Below are positions 41,321 through 51,266 of a stretch of DNA of 64,000 nucleotides, piece after piece. The DNA is from Carpediemonas membranifera BICM (lineage: Eukaryota > Protista > Fornicata): contig JAHDYR010000064.1 in the NCBI GenBank assembly GCA_019828565.1, positions 558,001-622,000 on the forward strand, in the 5' to 3' direction. The translations under genes and the position numbers were made by a program. The notes under the pieces were generated by a model that was given only the letters and a program-made list of their open reading frames with translations, made no database searches and was not told where the DNA came from. Positions within the stretch are counted from its first letter, which is position 1. Every line of letters begins with the position of its first letter.

Positions 41321-42000
41321 ATGAAGCTCAATCTGTCCTTCCCTGTTAACGGCACCAACAAGGTTGTTGAGATTGAAGACGAGAAGAAGCTGTATGTTTA
41401 TTTTTTGGTTGATTACCAAGCGCCATCTTCTACGACAAGCGCATGAGCCAGGAGGTTCCCCTTGACGTCCTCGGTGAGGAGTTCACCGGTTATGTCGCCA
41501 AGATCACTGGTGGCAACGACAAGCAGGGCTTCCCCATGTACCAGGGTGTCCTTGTCCCCCACCGTGTCCGCCTTCTCATGAAGCCCGGCAACAAGTGCTA
41601 CACTCCCCGCCGTGAGGGCGAGTTCAAGCGTAAGTCCGTCCGTGGCTGCATCGTCTCCCACGACCTTTCCGCCCTCTCCCTTTGCATCACCAAGAAGGGT
41701 CTCGCCGATCTCCCCGGCCTTACCGATGCCACCAACCCCCGCCGTCTCGGCCCCAAGCGCGCTTCCAACATCCGTAAGATGTTCAACCTCGAGAAGACCG
41801 ATGATGTCCGTAAGTTCGTCGTTCGCCGCTCTGTCACCACCAAGGGCGGCCACACCAAGTCCAAGGCCCCCAAGATCCAGCGCCTTGTCACTGCCCAGAC
41901 CATCCAGCGCAAGCGCCACCTCCAGAAGGTGAAGATGGCCAACTGGCGCCGTTCCATCGCTGAGGCCAAGGAGTACAAGACCAAGTACGGCCGTGCTTAA
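41321..42000 (+). CDS. RPS6: 40S ribosomal protein S6 (eS6); intron 41392-41420
   Basis: MKLNLSFP.., [48 protein letters not shown]. Confidence 0.98.
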
Positions 42001-42614
42001 GCGTTGTAAAGGTTCTTCTAAATCTCAGCACCTGCCCTCATAGAGTAGAAGATATGAGCGTCATGAAATCTGGCCTGCGTGCGTTTATGTTAGTTGAAAG
42101 CGGGACAAATTGTCCACAAATCTTATCTAGCTTTTGTGGCAAGAGCTGGGTAAAGAATGGGATCAAATGCAAACGTTCAGTTGTCCTAAGCTTGTACAGG
42201 ATCTTCCCTGAGCACAAATTGCATTCAACGCCGTCGTGCCCGCCGATACTATCACCCTCTTGGTGTTTGAGCTGAACAACGTTGCCACAAGCTGTATAAC
42301 TTAAAGAAGCAGTGAAACATACACCCGCAAAGATATTTGAGATGTTCTGCAGGCACCGTGTTGTACGTAGACTGATTCATCCCGCTCCGACCCGTGGTGG
42401 CGTTGGAAATACATTTTCGATTTACGTGTTACTTGCCACTTACAGGAGAGTAATATGGAGACAGGACAGCTTGCATAGGGCACTCTGCCCAAGTCTAGGG
42501 CCCCTTCTGCGACATTCACCATGCGATTTTTTTCTGACACGAAAAGTTGCAGAACAATACACAGCCCAATTCTCAACACCCGTTCGTCCTCATTGTTAGT
42601 TACTCATCCAGCCC

Positions 42615-43499
42615 ATGTCTTTCACCGCTCAGGGAAATATCCGCGTCGAAGACCTTGATAAGATCAAGGGCACCATTAACGACATCCGCGACGCCACGAA
42701 GCCCACACAGTGGATGACTCTGACCTACGGCAAGGGCCGCAATGACATCGTCATGAGCCAGACCGGCAATGGCGACATTAACGAGCTCGTCGACGCCCTG
42801 ACGCCCGATACGATCTACTTCTCCTACATCCGCGTGCCCCTCGACGCCCTCCGCGAGAAGTTCGTCTTCATCACCTACATCGGTGAGTCCGTTCGCCCCA
42901 TGAAGCGCGCGTTCGTTTCCCAGCACAAGCCCGATATTGAGAAGATCCTGTCTCCACACCACCTCTCGGTGTCGGCCTCCAGCGAGGAAGACCTGGCCGC
43001 TGAAGAGATCCTCAAGTCCCTGCACAAGGGTTCTGGGGCCAACTACGACGCGCAAGCCTCCCAGGACAAGGGCATCCTCCCGGTCGACCCGAACTACCTC
43101 AGAGAACGGAAGGACTTCTACAAGAAGCAGGAGCTCACCGAAGAGCGCGACCTCACTAGGGCCTTCAACAAGGACCCTCTGTCGACTACCCCCATGGACC
43201 TCCGCGGCCGTCCCGGCATCACCGAGCGTTACATCAACGACAATGTCCCCAAGACCGCCGCCAAGCCCGCCCCCGCCCCTGCCACGAAGCCCGAACCCGT
43301 CGCCGAGCCTGATAAGCCCGTCGAGCCCGCAGTTGAACCTGTTGAGGAGCCCGCCGTCGAGGAGCCGACCCCCGAGGAGCCCGCCGAGGAGGGCAAAGAG
43401 GTTGTTGAAGAGCAGCCTGAACCTGAACAGGTCGAGGCTGAGGTTGAGGCCGAGGTCGAGGCCGTGGACGTGTCCCCCGAGGACAGCCCCCAGGAGTAA
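42615..43499 (+). CDS. ADF-H domain actin-binding protein (coactosin/drebrin/Abp1-like) with E/P-rich tail
   Basis: WMTLTY..GDINELVDAL..YFSYIRV..KFVFITYIGESVRPMKRA. Confidence 0.85.
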   Translation: MSFTAQGNIRVEDLDKIKGTINDIRDATKPTQWMTLTYGKGRNDIVMSQTGNGDINELVDALTPDTIYFSYIRVPLDALREKFVFITYIGESVRPMKRAFVSQHKPDIEKILSPHHLSVSASSEEDLAAEEILKSLHKGSGANYDAQASQDKGILPVDPNYLRERKDFYKKQELTEERDLTRAFNKDPLSTTPMDLRGRPGITERYINDNVPKTAAKPAPAPATKPEPVAEPDKPVEPAVEPVEEPAVEEPTPEEPAEEGKEVVEEQPEPEQVEAEVEAEVEAVDVSPEDSPQE

Positions 43500-43607
43500 A
43501 GCGTCTGGCACGTTGAACTGGTTTATGTGAATTTTTCGCATGGGAGCCGGCTTGCAGTAAAGTAGCAAAGTTTATTATGTAACAGCAACATATCCCGTGC
43601 ATGCGGG

Positions 43608-46600
43608 TCACTGGTCGTTCTCATCCTGTCCCAGCAGCCCGCGATCCTTCAGATAGGCCGCCAGCAGGGTTGTCTCGCCAATGACGCCACTGGGGATCAT
43701 CTTCAATAGCCCCTGTATCATCGTCTCCGAGTGCTGTAGGGATCGGAACATGGGACGGAAGACGAGACGGTAGCTCAGCCCGATCGCCAGCAGGCCGGCC
43801 AGGCTGACAGGGATGTTGATGATGCGGTACACGAGGAGCACTGTCGTCAGCAGCGACCGGTAGTCCTCGAGCTCCGCCCAGAGCCCGGTCGCCATCGTCG
43901 TCTCGAGCCGCAGCGCCTCTGCCCATACCTCGTTGTCGACGCCGCCGTCGCAGATGCAGGTGGCCGTCGAGGGGCTGACGAAGGCGCTTGTCTGCTCGAA
44001 CACGGCAATCATGTCGCTCAGCGTCAGGCCGTCGATCGAGGAGCAGTTGTCGCAGTCGAAAGAGTGGATGGCGTCGAGCAGCCCGCCGTTCGACCGGAGG
44101 GAGTTAGCGAATATGAGCGGCACACTGTGGGAGCCGACGAGCTGCCCGTGATCATCCTGGAACGCCTCGTTTGCTGACAGAAGCAGCTCGTAGAACTCGG
44201 CGGACTCAGAGGGCTGCGTGGCGATCGGCACGAGGGAGTTGACCGATACGAAGAAGTCCAGGATGCGGCGGGCGCTGATGTCGATCGAGTCAGAGAGGGA
44301 AATGAGGAAGTAGGACGCCAGACTCAGCCCCACGATCGCCACGAAGATCGCCGCGACAGCGTACAGATTCAGCGATGATAGGTAGAAGAACTTTGTGATG
44401 CGGGTACGGCCAGGTCGCTGCTTGATCACGTCAAGCTGCGTCGGCTGGCGTGGGCTGGCGATGTGCCAGATCGACCGCAGACCGGCGACCGTGAGCACGC
44501 CTTCCGCGGCCAGCAGCACGACCAGCAGGCCGGTCCACAGCTCAAGTGTCGTGGTGGTGTCACTGATCTGGCCCTGGAGGTGGTTCTCGAGCGTGTCAAC
44601 CACCCCAACGTAGCCCTTGGAGAACGCCTCAAGCAACGACGCGAACTTCTCGTCGAACAGGATGGCGCGGCCAATGGCGCACTGCGTGTCGGGGTCGAGG
44701 CTCCGGTCGTACGTCGAGTTGGTGTAGAGGCGCGGGGGCCGGGAGAAGAGCACGGTGTCCGAGGCGGTGTCCTCGTCGGCGATGTCGTACTCGAACGCGG
44801 ATAGCTCTGCCAGCACTGTGTCGCCGACACCGCTCCCCCACAACTCTAGGGCAATCGAGATCCGCTCGATCCGGCGCATCTCGTCAAGCGGCACGGTCAT
44901 TTCCTCGAGCACGGCCAGATCGAGCCCCTCGTCCTCCATGACTGTCGTCAGGTAGGGCACGTGGCTCTGCTGGAGCCCCTCCTCGAAGGCCAGGGCCAGT
45001 CCATGGTCCTGGAACTGGGCGAAGAGGCGGGCGTCGGCAAGCAGGTCCCGGTGGACGGCCATCAGCGCCGACAGGGACTCGGCGATGTCCAGCCGGAGAT
45101 CGCCGAGTCCAGACAGTTCACTCTCGACGTCCTTCATGCGAGCGTCAACGTTGTAGATGGCGAGGACGCCGAGCAGGAAGAGGGCCATGAGGGCGACGTC
45201 GATTGCCTGGCCCACCCACATCAGCACGCGGGGCAGGTCGATGAAGGGCTTCTTGGTCTCGCCCCCGATGTCGATGGCGCTGTCGGTGCGGTTGGTGAAG
45301 AATGACGTGAACGACGTGCCCGACGTCCTCGATGCGACGTTGGACCTGGTCGTCTCATCCGTCTCGGCCACCGTCGAGTAGTTCAACTCAGCCTTCTCCT
45401 CGGCGGAGGTCTCAAAGATGATCTCACGTGCGGCCACACGCTTTGAGTCGACCCGCGATGCCCCGGCCCGGATGCTGAGGCTGCAGCAGATGCAGATGCC
45501 GAGGATGATGCCGGTCAGCACGCACACCCCCATGAGGACGGTCGACACCGTCCGGGCCCAGCCGCGGTAGTCTGTGATGTCCGTTACACCCGTGTCCGAG
45601 GAGGACTGCAGGGAGGCGCGGGCCTCGCTGACGTACGCCGCGACATTGTCCCGCTGGGTCCAGTAGCGATCGTCCGACAGCACTGTGCGGGCGAGCAGCT
45701 GGCGCAGGTCGGGATCGAGGGCGGTGTCGTTGGCGGCGTCGGTGTAGTATCCGAGGGCGAAGACGGCATCCGTGCGCTGGTACGTCTCGAGATCGGAGTG
45801 GTATGTCGTCTCAGCGGTGTAGTTGTACGTGAAGTCGTACAGCGGGCACGACGCCTCGGGGGGGAAGTCATCGGGCAAGACCAGTCGCACGGCAATCAGC
45901 TCCAGGTACTCGAGCAGCGTGCTCCCGGTCTGAGCCGCAGCGATGCCGGCCCGGACGTCGGCGTCCATGTCGATCGCGATGAGGGTGCCGAGGATCGCCT
46001 CCCGCTCCCGGGCAGCCCCGTACGCCCAGTACTCCTGGAGCGTGGTCAGCTGGCCGTTTTCGACGAAGCTGAACGCGGTCCAGGTCATGGAGTCGATGCA
46101 TTCGCTGAACTCGTCGACGAGGCCCAGGATCTCAATGGACGTATCGACGGTGTCCAGGATCTCGAGCGTCAGGACAACGCGTGCCACGGCCATGACGCCC
46201 AGTGTGATCAGGGCGCCGGCCACGACGGTGGCGATCATCGTACCCACGACCCAGAACTTGTGGAGCCGGGTGGTGCACTCCTCGAAGCGCTGTTCGCACT
46301 GCAGAATCTCTGACTCGAGGATCTGCACCAAGCCCTCGTTGTTGACGAGAGAGTTGGTGCTGATGCCGTTGGCGAGGTTGGTGATGGATGCCGTGGACTG
46401 CTGTATCAGGGCGTGCGACATCAGGGGGGGCGAGTCGTCCGAGTCGAGCGCGGACTCCGTCTCCTGCTCCGTCGTCGAGATCATCTGCGTCGTCACCTCG
46501 TCGTGGGCTAGCTGCGAGTGGCTCTCGAAGCCGAAGCCATCATCGAGCGCGCTGTCGTCCGTCAGGTCTGTGTCCGATAGCTCTGTCCGCTCGGTGACCG

Positions 46601-49523
46601 TTTGGGCGATAGTCACGGACCGCCGCGACAGCTGCTTCGTGAGGTCGGGCCCTGAGTCCTTGAAGCTGATCATTGCCCTCGTGGCGAGCTTGGACCGCAT
46701 GATGGGCTTCTTGCGGGGCTTCTTCTTGGTCTCAGAATTCCGTACCATCTGCTCGACGACGCTGGCGTCTAGATGCAGGAAGAGGTTGATGGATTCCGTC
46801 TGGTAATCGCCCACATCGTTGAACGCTCGCCGCAGCACGAACAGCTGTAGTACCGCGATGATCGCGAGGACGACCACGAGAATGAGCCCGTCCGCCACAG
46901 CGCCGACAGCTCGCAGCCGTGTGAGGGCGTCGCTCACGGTGGTGAGGGCCAAACGGGCGGCGTCGAGGAAGGCACCAGACCCGTTTGCCCGCAGGAACTG
47001 CTGGTCCCGTGCGGTGGCGACGTGGGCCTGCACTCGGTCGAGGCTGACGACGATGGACGAGATGTAATCGAGAAGACCCGTCGTCGTTTCCTGCAGGCTG
47101 ACAGGCGCCAGGGGCACGAATGAGGCGGCGAACAGCCTGCGGTCCTGCAAGAGGTCGTTGAGCCCGGGGAAGACGAGACCGATCGTCGTCGACGTCACGC
47201 CGTCGACCACGGCCGTGGTATGTTCCCGCAGCTTGGCCGTCGTCGCCTTCAGCCGCACGTCCACGGGGTCGTCGGATAGCATGTAGCCCGAGACGGCGCC
47301 GGGGCTGATGCTCTCGACCTGCAGGACCTCCGCGAGTAAGGTGCTCTCGGCAGCCGATCCGGCGGTCCCTGCGACGTTGTACGCGATGTCGACGAGCGTC
47401 TCGATGAGGGTGATTCGGACCTGGGCCTGCAGCAGGAACAGGGCGCAGATGGCGGTCAGCGTCAGCAGCACGATGTTAACCATGCCGTTGAGACGGCGGA
47501 CGGCGCTGCTCTTCTTGTCGCTGTCCTGCTTGAGGATGTCGAGCACGTTGAGCTCGTTGTATCCGCCCCCCATGGATGACGCCGACTGCGACGACCCGTT
47601 GTCACTGCTTCCGTCGTTCCGGATGTCCTCGTTGCGCCGCCTGACCGAGATGTCATCGGCACACTGATAGAGGAGCGCGCTCTTCTCGGGGTCCTGCCGA
47701 ATGTCCCTGACGAACTCCGCGTACGACCGGATGATAGCGTCGCGGTCGGGGAACGTCTTGATCAGCTCGACGTAGATGCTGTTGGCCGCCGCCGAGTGCC
47801 TATGAATGGACTCCGAGACCTCCAGCAGCAGCGTGATATTTGGGTCGGGCTGCGAGAGGCACTGCCAGAAGTAGTGGATCGCCTTCCTCGCCGCCTCCGT
47901 CTCGTCTCGGGCAGCCCGTTGCTTCCGCATGAGGACGCCGTGCGTCTCCTGGGCGGTTCCACAGTCGTGCTTGCGGCGGTAGCCGTCGGCCGACGCGTGT
48001 AGGGCCGTGAGAAAGGAGAGCGAGACGATGTCGATCGGGGGGATCAGGTCCATCGCCGCGAACGACGGGATGCGGCAGGCCTCGAAGATGGCGTTCTCGA
48101 CGTTGGCGCTGACCGTGAGTGTGTACTGGATGAGCGCCAGTCGGGACATCGCACCAGTGAACCGACTGGCGCACAGCATCTCCAGATGCCGCTGCAGGTG
48201 ATGGGCGAGTGTCTGCTTCGCCTCGACCCGTGCACCGTTCGTATAGGGCATGCCGAGCAGCTCGAAGCGCTCCCTGTCGTGCTGCTCCTCAGCCATGTAA
48301 AGCTGCTTCGCCCAGGCCAGAGCGAAGATATACTGTGTGAAGCTGTACCGTGTGTAGGGGCCGGTCGGGGAGCGGAGGGAGGGCAGCAGGGACGAGGGCT
48401 GCTTGAGGATGCCCCTACTCATCGATCCGACGGTCATGTCGTCCTCGGTGAGGCGCATATCCAGTACGCTATGCAGGAGCAGGTGGAGGTATGCGAACTT
48501 CGCCAAGACCAGTGCGACGACGATGGGCGCGGCGATGAACGGGGCCGACCAGACCAGGAGGGGCGTCACCTGGGTGGCAATGGTCGCTGCCAACACGGCG
48601 CCGTACCAAGCGAGGTGGGTGGTCCACATGACGGGGTGGAGGAAGTGCGGGATGAAGAACTGCACCGCCGCGGCCACAGTCTCGACGGCGACCAGGGCGC
48701 CTGCAGTCACGGTGGGCCGGCCGTGCCCGAACCCAAACGTGTCCGTGGTCGCGAGCATTGCAACGACCATGAGGATCGGGTGCTCGAGCAGGATTACGCG
48801 GCTCGGGAAGGATAGCAGGCGCGACGACGACGGGGACACTGGGTGTGAGAATGACACGCACGTCGCCACAGCGGAGACGGCCACGACGCAGCCCAGCCCC
48901 ATCGTGGAGATGGCGATCATGGCGACGTGGCTGAGGGAGCCCGTCGAGATGTCTGCATAGACGCCTGCAAACGCGTCGGGGGCCTTCGAGGGCGCCACGA
49001 ACGCGATCGAGAGCATCTGTGCGAACGGGATCAGGAGGGGGCCGCGGCCGATGAGCATCGTGAAGATGTAGAGCGGCTGGAGGCGGGCCCGACGCTTTCC
49101 TTCACTCACGACGAGGACCTCGATGAGGGTCCATAGGAGGGCCAGTGCGGAGACACAGGCGCACGCTACCACAGCTACCTGGGCAACAGTTGACACCTTG
49201 AAGACGTTGAGCAGCGGCCATATGAGGAAGAGGCGCAGGAACGCCGTGGTATCGTCGTCAGCCTGGGGAGGGAAGGAGAGGGCAAGAAGTTGGACGACCA
49301 AGATAGGATAGAGAGCTATAGACATGAAATTATCAAGTGTAGATAGACGTACACTTGTAATGAAGTTTGTGAACTGCACATGGGGGAACGATGGAATGGA
49401 TAGGGGGCGAAGGAAGCCCTGTACGGAGGTGTTCGTGTATGCTGAGCTAGCTGTGCCTCTAAACGAAAATGACACAGAAACACCGCTCTGTGCATGCGCT
49501 AAGGAGCCTCGGTTAGACCCCAT
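43608..49523 (-). CDS. Giant multipass membrane protein, TmcB/TmcC-like, with repeated extracellular modules
   Basis: N-terminal TM bundle; FWQCL..ANSIYVELIKTFP..IRSYAEFVRDI TPR-like segment; repeated TM-loop-TM units; start uncertain. Confidence 0.75.
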   Translation of the reverse strand: MGSNRGSLAHAQSGVSVSFSFRGTASSAYTNTSVQGFLRPLSIPSFPHVQFTNFITSVRLSTLDNFMSIALYPILVVQLLALSFPPQADDDTTAFLRLFLIWPLLNVFKVSTVAQVAVVACACVSALALLWTLIEVLVVSEGKRRARLQPLYIFTMLIGRGPLLIPFAQMLSIAFVAPSKAPDAFAGVYADISTGSLSHVAMIAISTMGLGCVVAVSAVATCVSFSHPVSPSSSRLLSFPSRVILLEHPILMVVAMLATTDTFGFGHGRPTVTAGALVAVETVAAAVQFFIPHFLHPVMWTTHLAWYGAVLAATIATQVTPLLVWSAPFIAAPIVVALVLAKFAYLHLLLHSVLDMRLTEDDMTVGSMSRGILKQPSSLLPSLRSPTGPYTRYSFTQYIFALAWAKQLYMAEEQHDRERFELLGMPYTNGARVEAKQTLAHHLQRHLEMLCASRFTGAMSRLALIQYTLTVSANVENAIFEACRIPSFAAMDLIPPIDIVSLSFLTALHASADGYRRKHDCGTAQETHGVLMRKQRAARDETEAARKAIHYFWQCLSQPDPNITLLLEVSESIHRHSAAANSIYVELIKTFPDRDAIIRSYAEFVRDIRQDPEKSALLYQCADDISVRRRNEDIRNDGSSDNGSSQSASSMGGGYNELNVLDILKQDSDKKSSAVRRLNGMVNIVLLTLTAICALFLLQAQVRITLIETLVDIAYNVAGTAGSAAESTLLAEVLQVESISPGAVSGYMLSDDPVDVRLKATTAKLREHTTAVVDGVTSTTIGLVFPGLNDLLQDRRLFAASFVPLAPVSLQETTTGLLDYISSIVVSLDRVQAHVATARDQQFLRANGSGAFLDAARLALTTVSDALTRLRAVGAVADGLILVVVLAIIAVLQLFVLRRAFNDVGDYQTESINLFLHLDASVVEQMVRNSETKKKPRKKPIMRSKLATRAMISFKDSGPDLTKQLSRRSVTIAQTVTERTELSDTDLTDDSALDDGFGFESHSQLAHDEVTTQMISTTEQETESALDSDDSPPLMSHALIQQSTASITNLANGISTNSLVNNEGLVQILESEILQCEQRFEECTTRLHKFWVVGTMIATVVAGALITLGVMAVARVVLTLEILDTVDTSIEILGLVDEFSECIDSMTWTAFSFVENGQLTTLQEYWAYGAAREREAILGTLIAIDMDADVRAGIAAAQTGSTLLEYLELIAVRLVLPDDFPPEASCPLYDFTYNYTAETTYHSDLETYQRTDAVFALGYYTDAANDTALDPDLRQLLARTVLSDDRYWTQRDNVAAYVSEARASLQSSSDTGVTDITDYRGWARTVSTVLMGVCVLTGIILGICICCSLSIRAGASRVDSKRVAAREIIFETSAEEKAELNYSTVAETDETTRSNVASRTSGTSFTSFFTNRTDSAIDIGGETKKPFIDLPRVLMWVGQAIDVALMALFLLGVLAIYNVDARMKDVESELSGLGDLRLDIAESLSALMAVHRDLLADARLFAQFQDHGLALAFEEGLQQSHVPYLTTVMEDEGLDLAVLEEMTVPLDEMRRIERISIALELWGSGVGDTVLAELSAFEYDIADEDTASDTVLFSRPPRLYTNSTYDRSLDPDTQCAIGRAILFDEKFASLLEAFSKGYVGVVDTLENHLQGQISDTTTTLELWTGLLVVLLAAEGVLTVAGLRSIWHIASPRQPTQLDVIKQRPGRTRITKFFYLSSLNLYAVAAIFVAIVGLSLASYFLISLSDSIDISARRILDFFVSVNSLVPIATQPSESAEFYELLLSANEAFQDDHGQLVGSHSVPLIFANSLRSNGGLLDAIHSFDCDNCSSIDGLTLSDMIAVFEQTSAFVSPSTATCICDGGVDNEVWAEALRLETTMATGLWAELEDYRSLLTTVLLVYRIINIPVSLAGLLAIGLSYRLVFRPMFRSLQHSETMIQGLLKMIPSGVIGETTLLAAYLKDRGLLGQDENDQ

Positions 49524-49673
49524 TGCTGCGATATGATTCAGCCTCCGTCGTTCGGACAAGTTTATCGTACCGCAAGTAAATCGCCTTGTTGATCGCCCCG
49601 ATCCTGCTGACGTGCCCCAAGGTCGACACATGGTTGAATATGTCTTTTATGTGTATATCGTAACAATACCGGC

Positions 49674-51029
49674 CTAGTCCTTGAGCACGGGCGCCAGGCT
49701 CCACGCACAGATGAATCCCTCGCTCTCGCTGGTGACAAGCTTCACCACGGGCGAGCCGTCCTTGTTCTTCGTCGTCAGTGTCATGCCCTTGCTCTGGATA
49801 ACCCCTGGCAGGGCCGCTGCGACGGCGGCGGGAACCACTGTGGCGTGGCCGGCAGGGTCGAGGGCGAAGTGGAAGATCATCGTGGGGGACCCGTACGCGA
49901 TGAACATGCCGCCCTGGGTCGTGCGCTGGATGAGCTGGATGTCGTGCACCATGGTCGTCGGTACCTCGTTGACGACGACAGGCGTCTGCTCATGCGTCGT
50001 TCGGTCAAACATGGTCATCAGACTGCCGTCTGCGCCGAGTTCGACGTGCCCGACGACGCCGATGGTGCTGGAGAGCCACACGTGGGTGTAAACGCGGGTC
50101 TTGAAGTTGACCCACTGGACCTGGGGCGCCTGCAGGTCGGCCATGTCGATGACCACCACATCGCCCCGGTCCAGCGAGGCGGAGATCTCCACATTGTTGC
50201 GGGTGATCAGCCACCGCACGGAGCCAACCACCGCCCCGCAGTCGAACGAGAAGACGTCCCGCAGCGTGCGGGTCGCGCGGTCGTACTCGGTCACGGCTAC
50301 GAGGTGATCGTGGCCGCCGGACAAGATCAGCGTCTGCTCGGGGTGAATGGCGAGCTCCCGGATGAAGTTGGTGTGCACCGCGCGGCTGGTGACGACGGCG
50401 CCCTGCCGACGGACGTGGTCGTACGTGATGACGACAAGGTGGGACTCGGCCGCGACAACGAGCGTGGCGGCGTCGAGCCAGGCGAGGTCGAGCACCTCCC
50501 AGTCGAGCGCGAGGGCGGCAGCAGCCGTCAGGTGTGAGACGTGGTCGTCGAACTCACCGAACGCCACCGCGTGCGTGCCGTCGCCGAACTCGACGCCGGT
50601 TGCATAGACACGGCCGTGCTCGGGGATGGCGATTGGACCCATGACGCCGGCCCGCCCACCGAGGTCTGGCAGCATCTGTCGCAGCTGGATCATCATTCGG
50701 TGCAGCGGAGGGCGTGTGGCGGGCGGCTTGGCGATCGGTATATTGGGGGAGGAGATGGCTGAGTTTGTGAAGCGTGCCGGGCTGCTGACAGCGGACATTT
50801 CGGAGGGGATGGGCGTGTAGCCGAGCGGCGACGGATCCTGCATAGATATCGGACGCTGTACGGGCAGCTCTTGATACACATAGGCATCTTGGGCGGCGCC
50901 GAAGGCACTGGTCATGATTCGCTGAGCATTGCCAGGCAGGTTGTGCTCTGTGGAGCCATTATTGTTGATTGGAAAGCCAAGATGGCCAAATGAAGGTGAG
51001 TAGACGCCGTAAGAGAGCTCTGAAGACAT
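49674..51029 (-). CDS. WD40-repeat protein
   Basis: HTNFIRELAIHP..ILSGGHD, LVTSESEGFICAW; low-complexity N-terminus. Confidence 0.8.
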   Translation of the reverse strand: MSSELSYGVYSPSFGHLGFPINNNGSTEHNLPGNAQRIMTSAFGAAQDAYVYQELPVQRPISMQDPSPLGYTPIPSEMSAVSSPARFTNSAISSPNIPIAKPPATRPPLHRMMIQLRQMLPDLGGRAGVMGPIAIPEHGRVYATGVEFGDGTHAVAFGEFDDHVSHLTAAAALALDWEVLDLAWLDAATLVVAAESHLVVITYDHVRRQGAVVTSRAVHTNFIRELAIHPEQTLILSGGHDHLVAVTEYDRATRTLRDVFSFDCGAVVGSVRWLITRNNVEISASLDRGDVVVIDMADLQAPQVQWVNFKTRVYTHVWLSSTIGVVGHVELGADGSLMTMFDRTTHEQTPVVVNEVPTTMVHDIQLIQRTTQGGMFIAYGSPTMIFHFALDPAGHATVVPAAVAAALPGVIQSKGMTLTTKNKDGSPVVKLVTSESEGFICAWSLAPVLKD

Positions 51030-51266
51030 TCTCTACAACTATGTTTGCTCTACAGCGCTAAAACTAGAAGTTTAGGGTTAGTAACATGTCAGTGGAAGAT
51101 AGCTGCCTTGGCGAGTGACATGAGAAAATAAACTCTACCCTAACCCGCCGCAGGGGTCTGGGCGGGACGGGGCATGGGTGCGTAGGGTGCCAGGAAGAAT
51201 AGCCTCAGCGTTGTGCTAGGGCGAGCACTTTAAGGCACAGCGATTTGACGACAAGTGGACAAGGGT

